From the NCBI GenBank assembly GCA_012295275.1, contig CM022666.1, forward strand, positions 16,058,001 to 16,122,000: a DNA stretch of 64,000 nucleotides, in the 5' to 3' direction. Positions 28,101 through 42,077 of the stretch are shown one piece after another. Numbering within the stretch: the first letter of the stretch is position 1; the number at the start of each line of letters is the position of its first letter. Below the pieces are notes generated by a model that saw only the letters and a program-made list of their open reading frames with translations, was not told the origin of the DNA and ran no database searches. Both the position numbers and the translations under genes were made by a program. Origin of the DNA: Chrysomallon squamiferum. Taxonomy: Eukaryota; Animalia; Mollusca.

Positions 28101-28827
28101 TAGAGACAGAGACAGATAAGTAGATACGTAGGTAGATAGACAAATAAAACAAACACAAGAAAAATGATCTGCAGACTGTCACGTGGTTGTCGTGTGGTTT
28201 GTGTCCCTCCCTGCTTTCTCGCCAGTCAGTGAGTATTTTGAAAGATGATGACGTTAACACGTCATACGAGACGTTTTTCAGTTTCATGTCATCGCTTTTC
28301 AATAGCTGCACCACTTGTAGTCTTGTGTCTGCGTAACAATCACGTACACGTTTTTCTTTTTTCTTAAACTATCAGATCATTGTCATGCATAGCTTCAGTA
28401 AATAACACATGATTTTTGTTTTCAAATCTGTTTTACTTCTTCTTCCGAGCCCCAGAAAAAAAAAAAAAAAAAAGAGAAAAAAACTCTGGTTAAGAAAGGG
28501 CACTGTTTAGGATAAGCAGAATATAAGATCACAAGCGTTATTCTTTTGAAGACGGTGATAAAGGTATTTGACCCTTGACATAAAAAGTTCCGGCTCCATC
28601 GTTTAAGGTGGACAATATAACTTGCTGGTGTGGCCGAACGACACGTTTTTGTCGTGTCTGTAAACACAAGCAAAAACTTCAAAGCGACCTGAAGTTAAAA
28701 CAATGACGAGTGTGTTTGTTTGGAGCAAACTTTAGCAGAGACCAAGAGTTCAGGTCTCAGTTGATCTGGAACGAACAGAAACACATTTCACTACAACACG
28801 ATGTATTAGAAACAGTAACCATTTCGT

Positions 28828-28913
<86 letters not shown>

Positions 28914-29692
28914 ATCCGATGCTACTGTAATCGTTCTTCTTTCTAAACACGTGTTAAATGTTAACATCAGCTGTGAACAGGATGCACTGGATTTCGTTTC
29001 TTTAACAATGCAAACACAATTATTACGTTGACACTCAACAACCATTAATACTGAGCCTCGGTCTGGCCTTGTTAAAAAGACTTATTATTCATGCTGTGCG
29101 TTTTATTCTTTAGCAGAGAGAAACTCTGTACCGAGATGCTGTTTGTTTTCATCGTGCACTGAAAACGGAACGCTGCAGACGACACTGACACGACGTCTGC
29201 GACTCAGAAATGGCGGACACTAATCACGTTCACAGTTGTTTCCAAACTGAGGAATAAAACAAACTGTCATTTTTTTGACTAGATGCGCAAATTATCACCG
29301 TTGTGGATTTTCTCTGGCTTCGCCTCATCACAAATCTCGTTGTTTTTTGTTTTTTTTTTTTGTCCCCGTTCCCATCTGTCACAGTTGGCATGTCCAGAAC
29401 CAATATGTCTGGTCACGGGTCATGCGCAGTCCACTGTGTGCACGAGGCACGTGCACTGCACTCGCGAGAATGTTTTGTCTTGTTGCTGATACTTATCGGG
29501 CGACGCAGCATTCACAGAGGGAATGTTTTTGATAATCAAGTTTTGACATCACTGATATCAGTGAGTTCTTTGCAGAGACAGAAAGACAGATGGTTGTCAG
29601 TTTGTAAAGATTTTAATACCAGTTTTTAAACAGTTTCTTCATTTCAGAGTTTGTTAGAGAGAAATACTATCTTTTATAATAATAATAATAAT

Positions 29693-29766
<74 letters not shown>

Positions 29767-30094
29767 TGATGATGATGATAATAATAATAATACAGTATTT
29801 TTGAAAAATAATTCTAAATCGGTACATGGTTTTATAAACAGCCACATGAATACTGTTTGAAAAACAAGATGTGAATCCTTGGGTATAAATTGCGAAAAGA
29901 TTCAGTAACAGCAACAACGACAGAGTCGATGATCATTACGACGATGATAATAATGATAATGATGAAGAGTGTAGTAGTAGTAGTAGTAGTAGTTGTAGTA
30001 CCAATAGTAATAATAATAATAGTAACAACAGCAACAACAATAACATCAACAACGACAACAACCAGGACAAGAATATTACAACAGAATAATATTT

Positions 30095-30126
<32 letters not shown>

Positions 30127-30129
30127 TAA

Positions 30130-30169
<40 letters not shown>

Positions 30170-30269
30170 AAATTAAAAAAATTTAAAAAAATAATATCAT
30201 AATAAAAGAAAAAACTAACAACTAACTATCTGTGCAGGTAACAATAAGAAAAACGCGGAAGTGACGTAC

Positions 30270-30502
30270 CTCTTACCAAGTCTTTAGGAAGACTGGGCAC
30301 GTTCGCGATGGACGAGCAGTTCCACCGTCTGTCCGAGAACTGGTTCTGACACGTCTCCACGGACACGTGCGACGCGCGTGCCACGGTAGCCATCAGATCG
30401 AGGTTCTGCTTGCAGATCTTCACCTGTCGCGGAATCAGCCCGTACAGTCTGGAGCAGTTCCTCGCGCTCTCCCACGTCTTCTGTCTGATCTTGTGCAACG
30501 CC
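30270..30502 (-). CDS. Wnt11: Wnt11-like, coding exon 2
   Basis: Acceptor TTTCGCAG, then G+ALHKIRQKTWESARNCSRLYGLIPRQVKICKQNLDLMATVARASHVSVETCQNQFSDRRWNCSSIANVPSLPKDLVR+G, then donor GTACGT. Contains the Wnt motif CxxQFxxRRWNCS. 233 nt, phase 2 to phase 1. Confidence 0.95.
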
Positions 30503-30949
30503 CTGCGAAAAATAAAATAAAATAAAATAAATAAAGATTTATGTAGACAGCATTTTAAAAAACCAAAAATATGTTTGGCAAATGTGTATCTGTTTAAATG
30601 GGTGTGTGTGTGTGTGTGTATGTGTGTTTGTGACGTGCTGAGACTTTTGAACTGAAATGAAAGATATATATATAGATATATACGTACATACATAAATAAA
30701 TACATACATATACATGTTATAATACATAAATATATTATAATATATGTTTAGATAAATATACATGTATATACACATACATAAACATATATATATATATATA
30801 CATACATATGCATATATTCATACACATAAACTATACGTGTATATATATATATATATACATAAACACACAAACATATTGTTTAAAGTTTTTATTTATGCAT
30901 ATAAAATCATATAAAAATATACACACACACACAGAACCAGTGATGTGAA

Positions 30950-31232
30950 TTATTGTTAGTATGTTATAGTTTAATTAAAAACAGAGTACAGTTAGTTTTA
31001 GTTTTTAATAAACAAAAACCATATGTTAAAGTTTATTAATAAACAACATAGTGTTGAATACAGAACCAATAATAAACAACAGAGTACAGTGTTAGTATGT
31101 TAGAAGTTTATTAATAAACAACAGAGTACAGTGTTAGTATGTTAGAAGTTTATTAATAAACAACACAGTACAGTGTTAGTGTGTTAGAAGTTTATTAATA
31201 AACAACACAGTACAGTGTTAGTATGTTAGAAG
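30950..31232. repeat. 42-bp minisatellite
   Basis: AATAAACAACASAGTACAGTGTTAGTATGTTAGAAGTTTATT starting at 31071, 31113, 31155 and 31197, with decayed copies to the left. Confidence 0.93.
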
Positions 31233-31567
31233 AGATGTAGTGTGTTCACAGTTTTCTAACTAGCTGTGGGAGATGTCGGTACAGAGAGGTGAACCCGCTA
31301 CATACCACACGTCACAGTTTAACTGTGGTGAATCTTTGTCTCAAAACTCTAACAACAAGATCAGAGAAGTGGTTGTTTTCAGAATCTGTATTCGAGACCG
31401 ATGAAATAGGTTCAGTGTTTTAACATGTCAAAAATAAAAAAAATAAAATCAAATAAAAAAATAAATAAATAAAATTAAATTAAAATAAATTAAAAAAAAT
31501 AATAAATAAATAAAATAAAATAATAAAATGAAATATGTAGATATATATTTTAAATAAATAAATAAAT

Positions 31568-31598
<31 letters not shown>

Positions 31599-32369
31599 AA
31601 TCAAAATAATTAATAAAATAAATAAATAAATAAATTAATTAATCAAAATAAATTAAAAAATTAAAAACAATAAAAATTAATAAACATATAAATAAATAAA
31701 TGAATAAATAAATCAATCAAAATAAAATAAATTAAAATAAAATAAAATTAAAATAAACAAACAAACATATAAATAAATTAAAAAAATTTGTTTTGTTTTT
31801 TTGTTTTTACATCGTCTTGTCTTAACGTGAAAGTTAAAACAGCAGAAGTAAAACGACTCAAGACTCGCTGTTGTAGACACAAATGAGTCGACGAGAGCGA
31901 GGTTCACGCAAAGCTCAGTGGGTACGTTACGTAAGTAAATCACAGCGAGGCAGACACTACACGTGTAGAACAAGCTCGCGAGAGAGAGCAGCAAACAAAT
32001 AAATCAGTTGACGTGTTGTACAGCGAGAGCGAGGCGGCAGTTTAAAACAGTGATCTGTGGTGAGATGCGCTTCTTGTCTTTTTAAAACAGAAGAAACTGT
32101 TAGAAGATTACTGAAGTCTTTAATTAGATTAACAAAAGACAAGTGGGTTGGAGTAGTTTAGAGAGACGGGGTGGGAAGAGAGAGGGGAGAGAGAGAGGGA
32201 AGGATAGGGAGAAACAGAATAAAAGAAAAAAGAGAGAAAAAAGTGAAAGAGAGTTTGAGAAAAAAAGTGAAAAAGCGAATGAAAGACAAAATATGAGAAA
32301 AAAATATAAAAACAAAAGTAGATAAATAAAATTATTCTACCCATATCCAAGTTACAAGAAAAAAAAAAA

Positions 32370-32815
32370 AACAAATAAATAAATAAAAATAAAAATAAAT
32401 AAATAAACACACAGATAATAAATAAATAAATGAACGAATGAATAAATAAATAAATAAATAAATAATAAATAAACAAATAATAAATAAATAAATGAATGAA
32501 TAAACAAATAAATAAAAAAACAAACACACAAATAAATAAACATAAATAAATAAATAAATAGATAAATAAACAGATAAATAAATATATAAATAAATTAACA
32601 GATAAATAAATAAATAAACAGATAAATAAATAAATAAATAAATAGATAAATAAATAAATAAATAAATAGATAAATAAATAAATAGATAAATAAACAGATA
32701 AATAAATAAATCAATAAACGGATAAATAAATAAATAATTAAATCAATAAATAAATAAATAAACAAACACAAATAAATAAATAAATAGATAAACAAATAAA
32801 CAAATAAATAAATAA
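32370..32815. repeat. (TAAA/TAGA/CAGA)n compound microsatellite
   Basis: Directly visible. Confidence 0.93.
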
Positions 32816-33289
32816 GACACATAACTCCACTATTCCCGAGTTAAACAAGATTCCAGTGAAAAGTGTCAAACTGTTAAAACTGCAGCTGTCCGCCCAACGG
32901 CATTTTTATTTTGTTTATATTTTTAATTCTTTTTTTTTTTTTTTTTGGTAATTCATTCCCGCGCCGGTTCATTCACTTTTCATTCACGATGTTTAAATTC
33001 CCTGCCATGACGAATATTTGTCTTTCTCTTCGCTACGTTTTCTACAAACCTGGACGCACATGCTGCCTAACAGCGGCCATGTTGTAAGTCTTCAGTTTCC
33101 CTCGCTCGCGCTGCATATTAACAGATCTGCTTGAAGTGAATTTAAAATATTTAATGCGTTAAACTGAAAGTTTGGGGAGCAATAGCAATGCAGACTGTGA
33201 CTTTTAAAGGTATTTTTTATTTATATATTTAAATGAATTGTTTTGAATTGTATGGAAAAGGTGGTTTCTTTAAATGTGAACTGTGATAA

Positions 33290-34135
33290 TTCTGGACAGG
33301 ACATTTAAGATTTGTAAACAGCAGTACACAGTGATCAGTTAACAGTATTAAAGAAACTGATAATAGAAGAGATTTGCATTCAGTATGATATTAACTACGA
33401 TAATTTTAGACATGATACTTTTAAGATGAGTAAACTATTATATACAGGAAATAATCAACAAGATGAGAGCTGTGATATTTGTGTACATGGCTCTGTTAAG
33501 ATAAGACAGCTATTAAACACAACACACAAACAACCTGATCCTGAAACTAATAATCCAGAAAATTTCTTTAAGACGAGCACAGTATAATACAAAGATGACA
33601 TGATATAGAAATTAATATTTAGGAGAATAAGTCTTTGAGATGCGTTAACTTTTGCATGTAATAAACAAAGAATATATCATAGAAGGCAATATTTGAGTAC
33701 ATCAGAATTAATTATCGCATAGTATATGTGATGAACATTATATCAGCTATGGTTACGCTAGACAAGATACTTTTAAGACGAATAAAGTATCGTATGCAGT
33801 AAATAATCAACATGATACAAGATCAATTAACTATTATATGTGAAATAAACAAATAAAATAATTATAGAAATTAACAGGCCAGGATAGGGTGCCTTTAAAA
33901 TACGTAAACAGTTGTATACATATATATACAGTAAATCTTTAAGTTCAATAAATAAAAACAACTTTACACAGTATAACAGAGAACTGGATGGGAACTATGA
34001 TAATTGTAGATACAGAGCATTTAACAATGTGTATAATAAATCTTTAAGACGAATACAGTCTTGTATATAGTAACACGATGGGATCTATAATAAATCTAGA
34101 CACGCTACCTTTAAGATGAGCAAACAATTGTGTGT
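33290..34135. repeat. Highly decayed tandem array (~65-70 bp)
   Basis: CTTTAAGAYGA-type anchor at ~33417, 33563, 33631, 33769, 33891, 34040 and 34107. Confidence 0.6.
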
Positions 34136-34584
34136 GTATTTGTGTATATATAGTAAATGTTTTGGATGACTAAACTGTTGTGTGCAGCGAAGAGACAGAA
34201 TGATGGGCTGTGTGATGGTTGTGGACAAGGTACTTAGTCTGCGGTGCAGATGGATGGCTGGGGGGCAGGGAGCTGACAGGGCGGTGTGTGTGATTGTATC
34301 TGACAGGGAGTTTAACACGCAGACACCTCGCTATCGCGGACTGCTCGCTCATCCTATCACAGATCAGTTACACGTGTCACTCGCCGGCTGATTAGTACAG
34401 AAACGAATCCACCAGCGGAGTGGTAAACAAAACACGTGGAAATGCGTTTATCACGTCACATACTCACAGACGACGCACGGACACGCACACTTAAAAATAC
34501 ATACAAACACAAACACCTACATTTATATGTATGTATATATTTATATGTATGTATCTATGTATCTATCTATCTATCTATCTATGC

Positions 34585-34624
<40 letters not shown>

Positions 34625-34802
34625 TCATATATATATATAGAGAGAGAGAGAGGGAGAGAGAGAGATAAAGATAGAGAGAGAGAGAGAGAAAGAGAGAGAG
34701 ACACACAAACACACACACACATATATATTATATATCTACAATTATTCAGTTCTCTGTTATACTATAAAAAGTTATTTTTATTTATTCATCTTAAAGATTT
34801 AC

Positions 34803-34857
<55 letters not shown>

Positions 34858-35399
34858 ACAGAATAAATAGCTCAGAAAAACTCCTCTGACAAACAAGTTA
34901 AACAAACATCGACACAAATGTTTTGATTTAGAGGAGAAACTATCTCGAATTAAGACTATTAATATTATTATCGTTCACTGTGACGGGGGCTATAAACAAC
35001 GCCGGTTTTGACGAGGTGCGGCCAGATGTTTGCAGAACGCAGAGCAAACCGTACAGACGCCGATAGATATCTCCAGTATTCCACAGCTCACAACACTCGA
35101 GGCCGCCGCACACAAGACAACTATTCAGTCTGTTTGTCAGCCGAAATCTGTACAGGGGTGGGTTAGGGGTGGAGCGAGTGGGACGGGTTGGTGCGGACGT
35201 TAAATGTTTGGTTATAACTGTTGTGTCATAGTTGAAACGATTTATCTAAGAAATTGTAGGCAGTGAGGTTTTCAAAAGTTAAAGGTTTTTTTTTGTGTGT
35301 TTTTTTGTGTTTTTTTGAAGTCAGTTGCTAGCAGCTCTGATGAATGATATCTTAGTGTCTTGCTGATTAACCTGTCGCTTTGTCTTTTCATCACATGTC

Positions 35400-35830
35400 A
35401 AAGATACAATCCCACATCTATACTGTGTTCTTTATTCTATCTACACCCTCTGCTACATTATCTGCACCTTCTATAGTCTACAGTTTAGACTATAAATCTG
35501 TTTTGTGTACACAGCAAACATCCGTAGTATCATTCCTACACACTAAGTATTCTAATGTATATAGATAATACACTATCATCTGTGTGTTCTCTACATACTC
35601 ATTTCTAAACCATCTAGATTATCTTATTATCGTCTACGCCTTCATCTCAGAATCGTCTACACTGTCGTCGCTATATTTTCTACATTCTCGTCTTTATATT
35701 ATGGTCTACACCGTCAACGTCATAAGGTCTACACTCTCATCGCTCTATCATCTACACTCTCATCGTTATATTGTCTACATCTCTATATATATATCGTGTA
35801 CAATCTCATCATGTGATGATCGTCTACACT
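35400..35830. repeat. Decayed short-period array (TCTACAC..TCATCG)
   Basis: Many TCTACA/TCTATA anchors about 20-25 nt apart. Confidence 0.55.
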
Positions 35831-36579
35831 TCCTTCTCTTCCTGCATGCCAGAGTACAGCTAGTATTAATTTCAAGTTTTCTCAGTGTATCACTGGAATC
35901 GGTGTCGAGTTTTTTCTTTTGACTACGATTTACTTCATTTCGCGTTGGCAGTTCGTCAGTAAGACAACGATAGCCCAACAAAAACGTTCAGCTTCCAGTA
36001 AACGACCTACAGGCAAAAAAACAACAACCAAAAAAAACTCCGTGTGCCACGGCAGAACTGACGTGAAGAGAAAGAAACAGCGGCACGACGTCTTCCTGGC
36101 ACACGTCAACTGCACGTAATGGAAGGCACCTGTTTGAGGGGGGAACCAAGGGGGGGTGGACATATGGTTCTGGGGTTTTGTTTTCACTGATGGAAATGCT
36201 TTGCAATCAGTCACAACTTCACGTCAAGTGGACCCGTACAAAAGCCAGTGAATACTTTTATTGGCTGGCTTTGAACCTCTCCAAACAAAACGTTTACGAA
36301 GGAATAGTTCTCATGCCGGCCACATTGTCTGAATGTCTGCAGCGTACACTGGACGCGTTGTTCTTTGTTTTTTTCAAGTCATTCTGTTCCGTTTGTGTTG
36401 TTATATTTGTGTCACAGAATGAAAGTTTTTTTTTGCCAAGGTTATAACGATACTGAAGTATAAACGTAACGTGCACCAAAATTTTATTTTAAAATCAGTA
36501 TCATTATTTCAAACTCATTAACAGAGGTTGTTTGAATAACATTCGCTTCACTGAAAACACGTAGAGAGAGACAGAAAGA

Positions 36580-36675
<96 letters not shown>

Positions 36676-37189
36676 GAAATACCAGAAAACATTGATATAT
36701 AGATGTATTGATATATACAATCATAAACATTAGTACATTACCTGAAATAAAACACAGGCATATTTAAATATTTAAACACACACACACACACACACACACA
36801 ACTACACAGTTATGTCTATCTATATATATATATAAAAGAAATATTCAGGACGCAAACTCGCACATCCACAACCACACCAACACCCCCGTCCCCCGACAAA
36901 TCAAAGCAATACACTACACAACAAACAAACACAGAAAAAAAAGCAAGAAGTTAACACAAGTTTACATTCCGACAATTTTTGTTAGTTTCTGAAAACTTGA
37001 AATTCGATCTGACTTTCGTTTACAAACTGACTGCTTCATTTTTCACCTGCGAGAATCTGTTACTGACAAACACTGGAAACGTCTTTAGTAAATCAGCTTT
37101 AACCAGTCCTTCCATTATCTCAGCATTCACTCTATTAGAGATTACATGTATACACGTTTAAACTCTAACAAGTGCATAACAAAACCGAA

Positions 37190-37560
37190 GGTCGTTAAAA
37201 AAACCAAACAAAACATTATATAATTAGGTTATGTCCTGTTGTAAAGCAATCAACAACAGCAGCAGCAACGGCAGCAAAAACAAAAACAAAAACAACAACA
37301 ACAACAACGTCCTGAAGAAGAAAATAGTAAATAAAATTTCAGTGAATGACAGAGACTGTAGGTTCAGGGGATCGATTCTTTGACAATTGCACGTTGAAAA
37401 CGTTGCAAAATTAAGTTATATCCTGTTGTAGAGCATACGAAAACAACAACAGTAACAACAACGACGACGATAACTTCAACAAGAAAACAAAACAAAACAA
37501 AAGGTAAATGAATAAGAGAAATGGTTCGTAGCATCGATTTTTATTCACTGCGCTTTTAAC
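37190..37560. repeat. Old ~185-bp tandem duplication
   Basis: ATTARGTTATRTCCTGTTGTARAGCA at ~37223 and ~37410. Each is followed by a CAA-rich stretch and GGTTC...ATCGATT. Confidence 0.7.
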
Positions 37561-38373
37561 AGTTATTGGTTTGTAGATAATGTCTTTTTCAAAACAATTT
37601 TTTTTTTTTTTTTATAAAAACTTCTTTTGCAGCTTATCGAATATCATTATTCTTCTTGTTTTTTTTTTTGTTGTTGTTGTTGTTGTTATTGTTTTGTTCT
37701 GTTGGTAAAGTCTTCTGTGTACAAATACAATCATAATTTACAGCATAAAATCCAAAAAAGTAAAAGTAAATACGTTTTTTTTTTTTCGTTTTTATTTATT
37801 TATTTATGTATTTTATTTTATATTATTATTAATTTATTTTTTAACATGATATGAGAGATTCGAATAAAAAAAATACAATCACTTTATTTATGTTTCACTG
37901 CATGTAACTTAAAAAGAAGAAAGAAACGATCAAAAATACCATTACTTCGTTTCCTCGACAAATTCAACGTCACGTGACGAATATTGGCGGTGTCGCATTA
38001 AATTGTTCCCGCTGACATTTTTATTGCTGTGCCATATAAATATTATGCTCAGCATTTCCTCTGTTTTATACGGTTTCATTGTCTCGTGACGTCTGCATGA
38101 CTCAATACTGCTATAACGCCGGGTAATGATAAACTATAAAACACACACGTCAGACACTGAGATGCAGCAATTTTCATTTTTGTCACAGCGGGAATTGTGC
38201 AGCGGATAATAAACAATAAAACACATTAAATGAGAAATGTTAACAGGTAACAGAATGAGACGCGCACGTCTGTCTGTGCGTCGGTTAGTGCGAGGCAGGC
38301 TGTGTTCTTGTGACACTTTTATTATCAGCGGAGGATCCATAAACATCTGATAACCACGATGAATAGAATAAAA

Positions 38374-38413
<40 letters not shown>

Positions 38414-38424
38414 AAAAATTCTTT

Positions 38425-38459
<35 letters not shown>

Positions 38460-38475
38460 TTTTGTTTTTTTTATT

Positions 38476-38629
<154 letters not shown>

Positions 38630-40366
38630 TTTATTTTGTCGGTTTCCTTCGTGTTTCTCGTTTTCTAAATTTTAGAAGTGTCTGTTTCATGTTCTTTTCA
38701 GTACGTCTTAATCGTCGTTGTTGTCAGATTATCATCATCATCATTATCATCACACAGTCGTCACTGAGGTGAAAATTAAGTCAGAGTGTCTGTCTGTACG
38801 TTTTCACTATCGTCAGTTACGTGTAATTCTTGCTATTATTTAGAATAATTCGTAATGGTCGTTGTAGTAGTCGTAGTCATCATTATCACTGACAAAGAAA
38901 TTAGGTTTATGTTGCTGTTATCGTCAGTTACGTCTACTTTACGTTATTATTTTAAATATGTCGTTGTGGTCGTCATACAGTTTATTCGTTGTTGTTATTA
39001 GTAACAACAGCAGTAGTAGCAGTCGCCGTTACTGTAGAAATGTCGTTGTTGGAGTCATGTTTATCGAACAGTGTGTTGTACTAAATGAGATGTGAGTAAA
39101 TTTGTCAGTAAAACTGAACAGTGACTGGATTCTCTGTGGGTGGGTGGGTGGGTTTTTGCCACACCCATGAAACGGAATGGCTTAGAACATAAATATTTAA
39201 ATACTGGTTTTTGAAAGAGTATTGTGCGGTATGAAGAACCAAACCTAAACCAGTTTCAGTACAGATCTAGAACATTTTCTGTAATATCACATAAATAAAT
39301 CAAATCAAATCAAATCAAATAAATAAATTATATTGAAATAAAATAAAATAAAATAATGTATTGAGGTGATTAGTGAAAATGATATTAGCGTCAGTGAAAT
39401 ATTATTACAAACATAAACCAGTTCTGAATATCATTTCTAAATCGTAAACTAGTTTTAGAGTCATTTAAACAAACACAATCAACTTCTCGAGAAGGTTTAA
39501 AGAGGCATAAGATGTTATATTGATAAATCTGAAACCTAAACAAGTTACTGTATAACAAAACCAACATCCTTACAGATTACAATACAGAAACTGTAAAAAC
39601 CTAAACCGGTTTCAGAAGACAACAAAAACCCCAAATTTTAACATTAATAAACAACAGTGAATGATGAAATGGAGTTTCTGTTTTCGTGCGTGGTTTTGCT
39701 GAAACGATTAAACGTTTTCCTTTTCTCTTCTCGAACTCTATCTGGAACTGTTTCTCAAACAGAGGTTCGTTATCTGGAATCGTTTTACAGTTGTAATTTA
39801 AATTTCCATCATAAATCGGGGCTACCGCTGTGACGTCACCGATTTATTGAACGTGACGTGAAACAGCGTGGCGCTTATTACTTTGATGTAGTAATTAAGT
39901 TTACGTAGTGCAGGAAGCTGGGCCAGTAAATATGCACAATTAGCGACACGCCGGTGGGGCGCTGGGCTGGCAAGACAAACCCAGTTTTCGAGATCGTTTC
40001 TCAGACGAGAATCTCTGAGCTTGCAGAACGCCCAGACTTGCAGTGTGATGATGAAAGTGAAGCGTCAAGGTTTGATGTAGAACAGACAGAAGAAGCCACT
40101 TGGCTTGAAACTTGGCGTCTTTGTTTTTGTTCTCAGTTATTTTTGATCAGAGTAATTATGAGTAATTTATTATAGATTTCATTCCGTTTAATTTATTGAA
40201 GGATTTTTTTTTCTTTTTTTTTCTTTGTTTTTTTTTTTTTTTTGTTTCTTTGTTTTTTCTTCTTTTTGTTCTCTCTTATTTTCTTATATGTATCTCTTTC
40301 ACTCTATCTCTCTCTCTCTCTCTCTCTCTCGATATTTGTCTGTTTATCTCTTGCTGCTTATATGTA

Positions 40367-40440
<74 letters not shown>

Positions 40441-40450
40441 CAACTATTAG

Positions 40451-40550
40451 AGACACGGCATGAAATATATTTGTCTGTTTATGGGAAGGAGCAAATAAAC
40501 GATCACTTGCTGCTAACAGGTAAGAATGGGCCTAGAAATAACGGCAGCTA
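40451..40550 (+). mobile_element. Degraded SINE central-domain fragment
   Basis: TGTTTATGGGAAGGAGCAAATAAACGATCACTTGCTGCTAAC resembles a molluscan tRNA-SINE core (recalled as ...TGTCTGTGGGATGGTGCATATAAAAGATCCCTTGCTGCTAAT...) and the inverted copy at 24721-24780. Confidence 0.6.
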
Positions 40551-42003
40551 TCATAGCCCGAAGTAAATCAATCAATCAATAAATAATGAAAAAATTTCGA
40601 ACTTTTTTCATAATAAATAAATAAATAAATATTTCCTGATATAAAGAAGCGGTTGCTTTTTCTATTTCATGATAATTAAAATAAAAACAACAACATAATA
40701 AAACATTTACCTTTTTCAGTAATACTGAAATTATAAGCTGCTGGATTACTAAGTTAGGATAAATAATAAAATTCATTATTTAATTTATTATTAACTTTTA
40801 TTTTTTCCCTTTGTAACAAGACCTTAACTTCCGAGCACTACAAAAACTTCATAAACTTCCATGTTTACTAGAAGAGCCAATGATTAAAGAGTTTACAGTT
40901 TGTATAGGGAGCCAGCGAATCTCCGTCAAGTGCCGCTGTGCACTCAGACATGTTTGCCAAACGCTCAATTACTGAACAAATTACGCCAATTGAAAGCAAA
41001 TATTGAAGAGACATTAACGCTGTCTTTTATACTGGAAAACCTCGAAGCTTCTTGTAGGGCTGCTTTCAAGTTTAACTGATCCTTAAGGCGATACAAAGGA
41101 ATTTCCCCACCAGACCATTGGCTGTTGTATATCGCATTAATGCAAGGGCAGAGTTGAATAATATTGCGCGTTTGTTTTTCTTTGACCTCTGTGTTTGCCC
41201 TTTATGCGGACCGGAGAGAAACTTTCACAGCTGTGACGTTGAATGCGGCCTGGTCCAGCGTGAAGCGAAAATCTTCGAACAAATCCAAATTTCGTGACTG
41301 AGAAACGATTGATAAAAGAACTTCTTGTGTTTGTCTTCTTTCTGCTCCCTCGTTTACACCCTGTTACTTAACAGCGTGTCAACAATAGGTGCCCGTGTTT
41401 ACACGGACTGTCGGCGTGAAGAGAAACGCGAATTCTTAGAGAAAATATTACACACAAATTAACAGTTTTCATTCCACTTCGATACGTTGTCGTTTTGTCC
41501 ACTGATGTTTCGTAACGCGTGTTTAAGTCAATTGTTTGTTGTACGTTGTAAAACGCCGCGATTTATTCAAGACAAATTTCAAAATTTTTATTCTGTTTTG
41601 AAGTAAAGTGATTTTTCTTCTGTAATTACATTTGTATATCATTATGAACAATTCATTAGTTGGTGTTTGTCTTTAAAATAATCAAATAAAGAAATATAAT
41701 AAATAAAATAAATAATAAAAAGAGCAGCAAAGAAATAAAATCTGCTACTACTACCACTACTATTACTATTACCAATTCTACTACTAAAACAACACAACAA
41801 CCACTACTGCTATTATTATCACCACTACTACTACTATTACTTCTGTTACTTGTACAATAATGCAACAACTAATGCTACTGCTAGTAGTGCTACTGCTGCT
41901 ACTACTACTACTAAAACATTTTTACTAGAGGTGCATAAAACAACAGGAATAAAGAAAGCACTGTAAAAGGATATTTTAATAACAAACAAAATTAATTTAT
42001 TAC

Positions 42004-42077
<74 letters not shown>

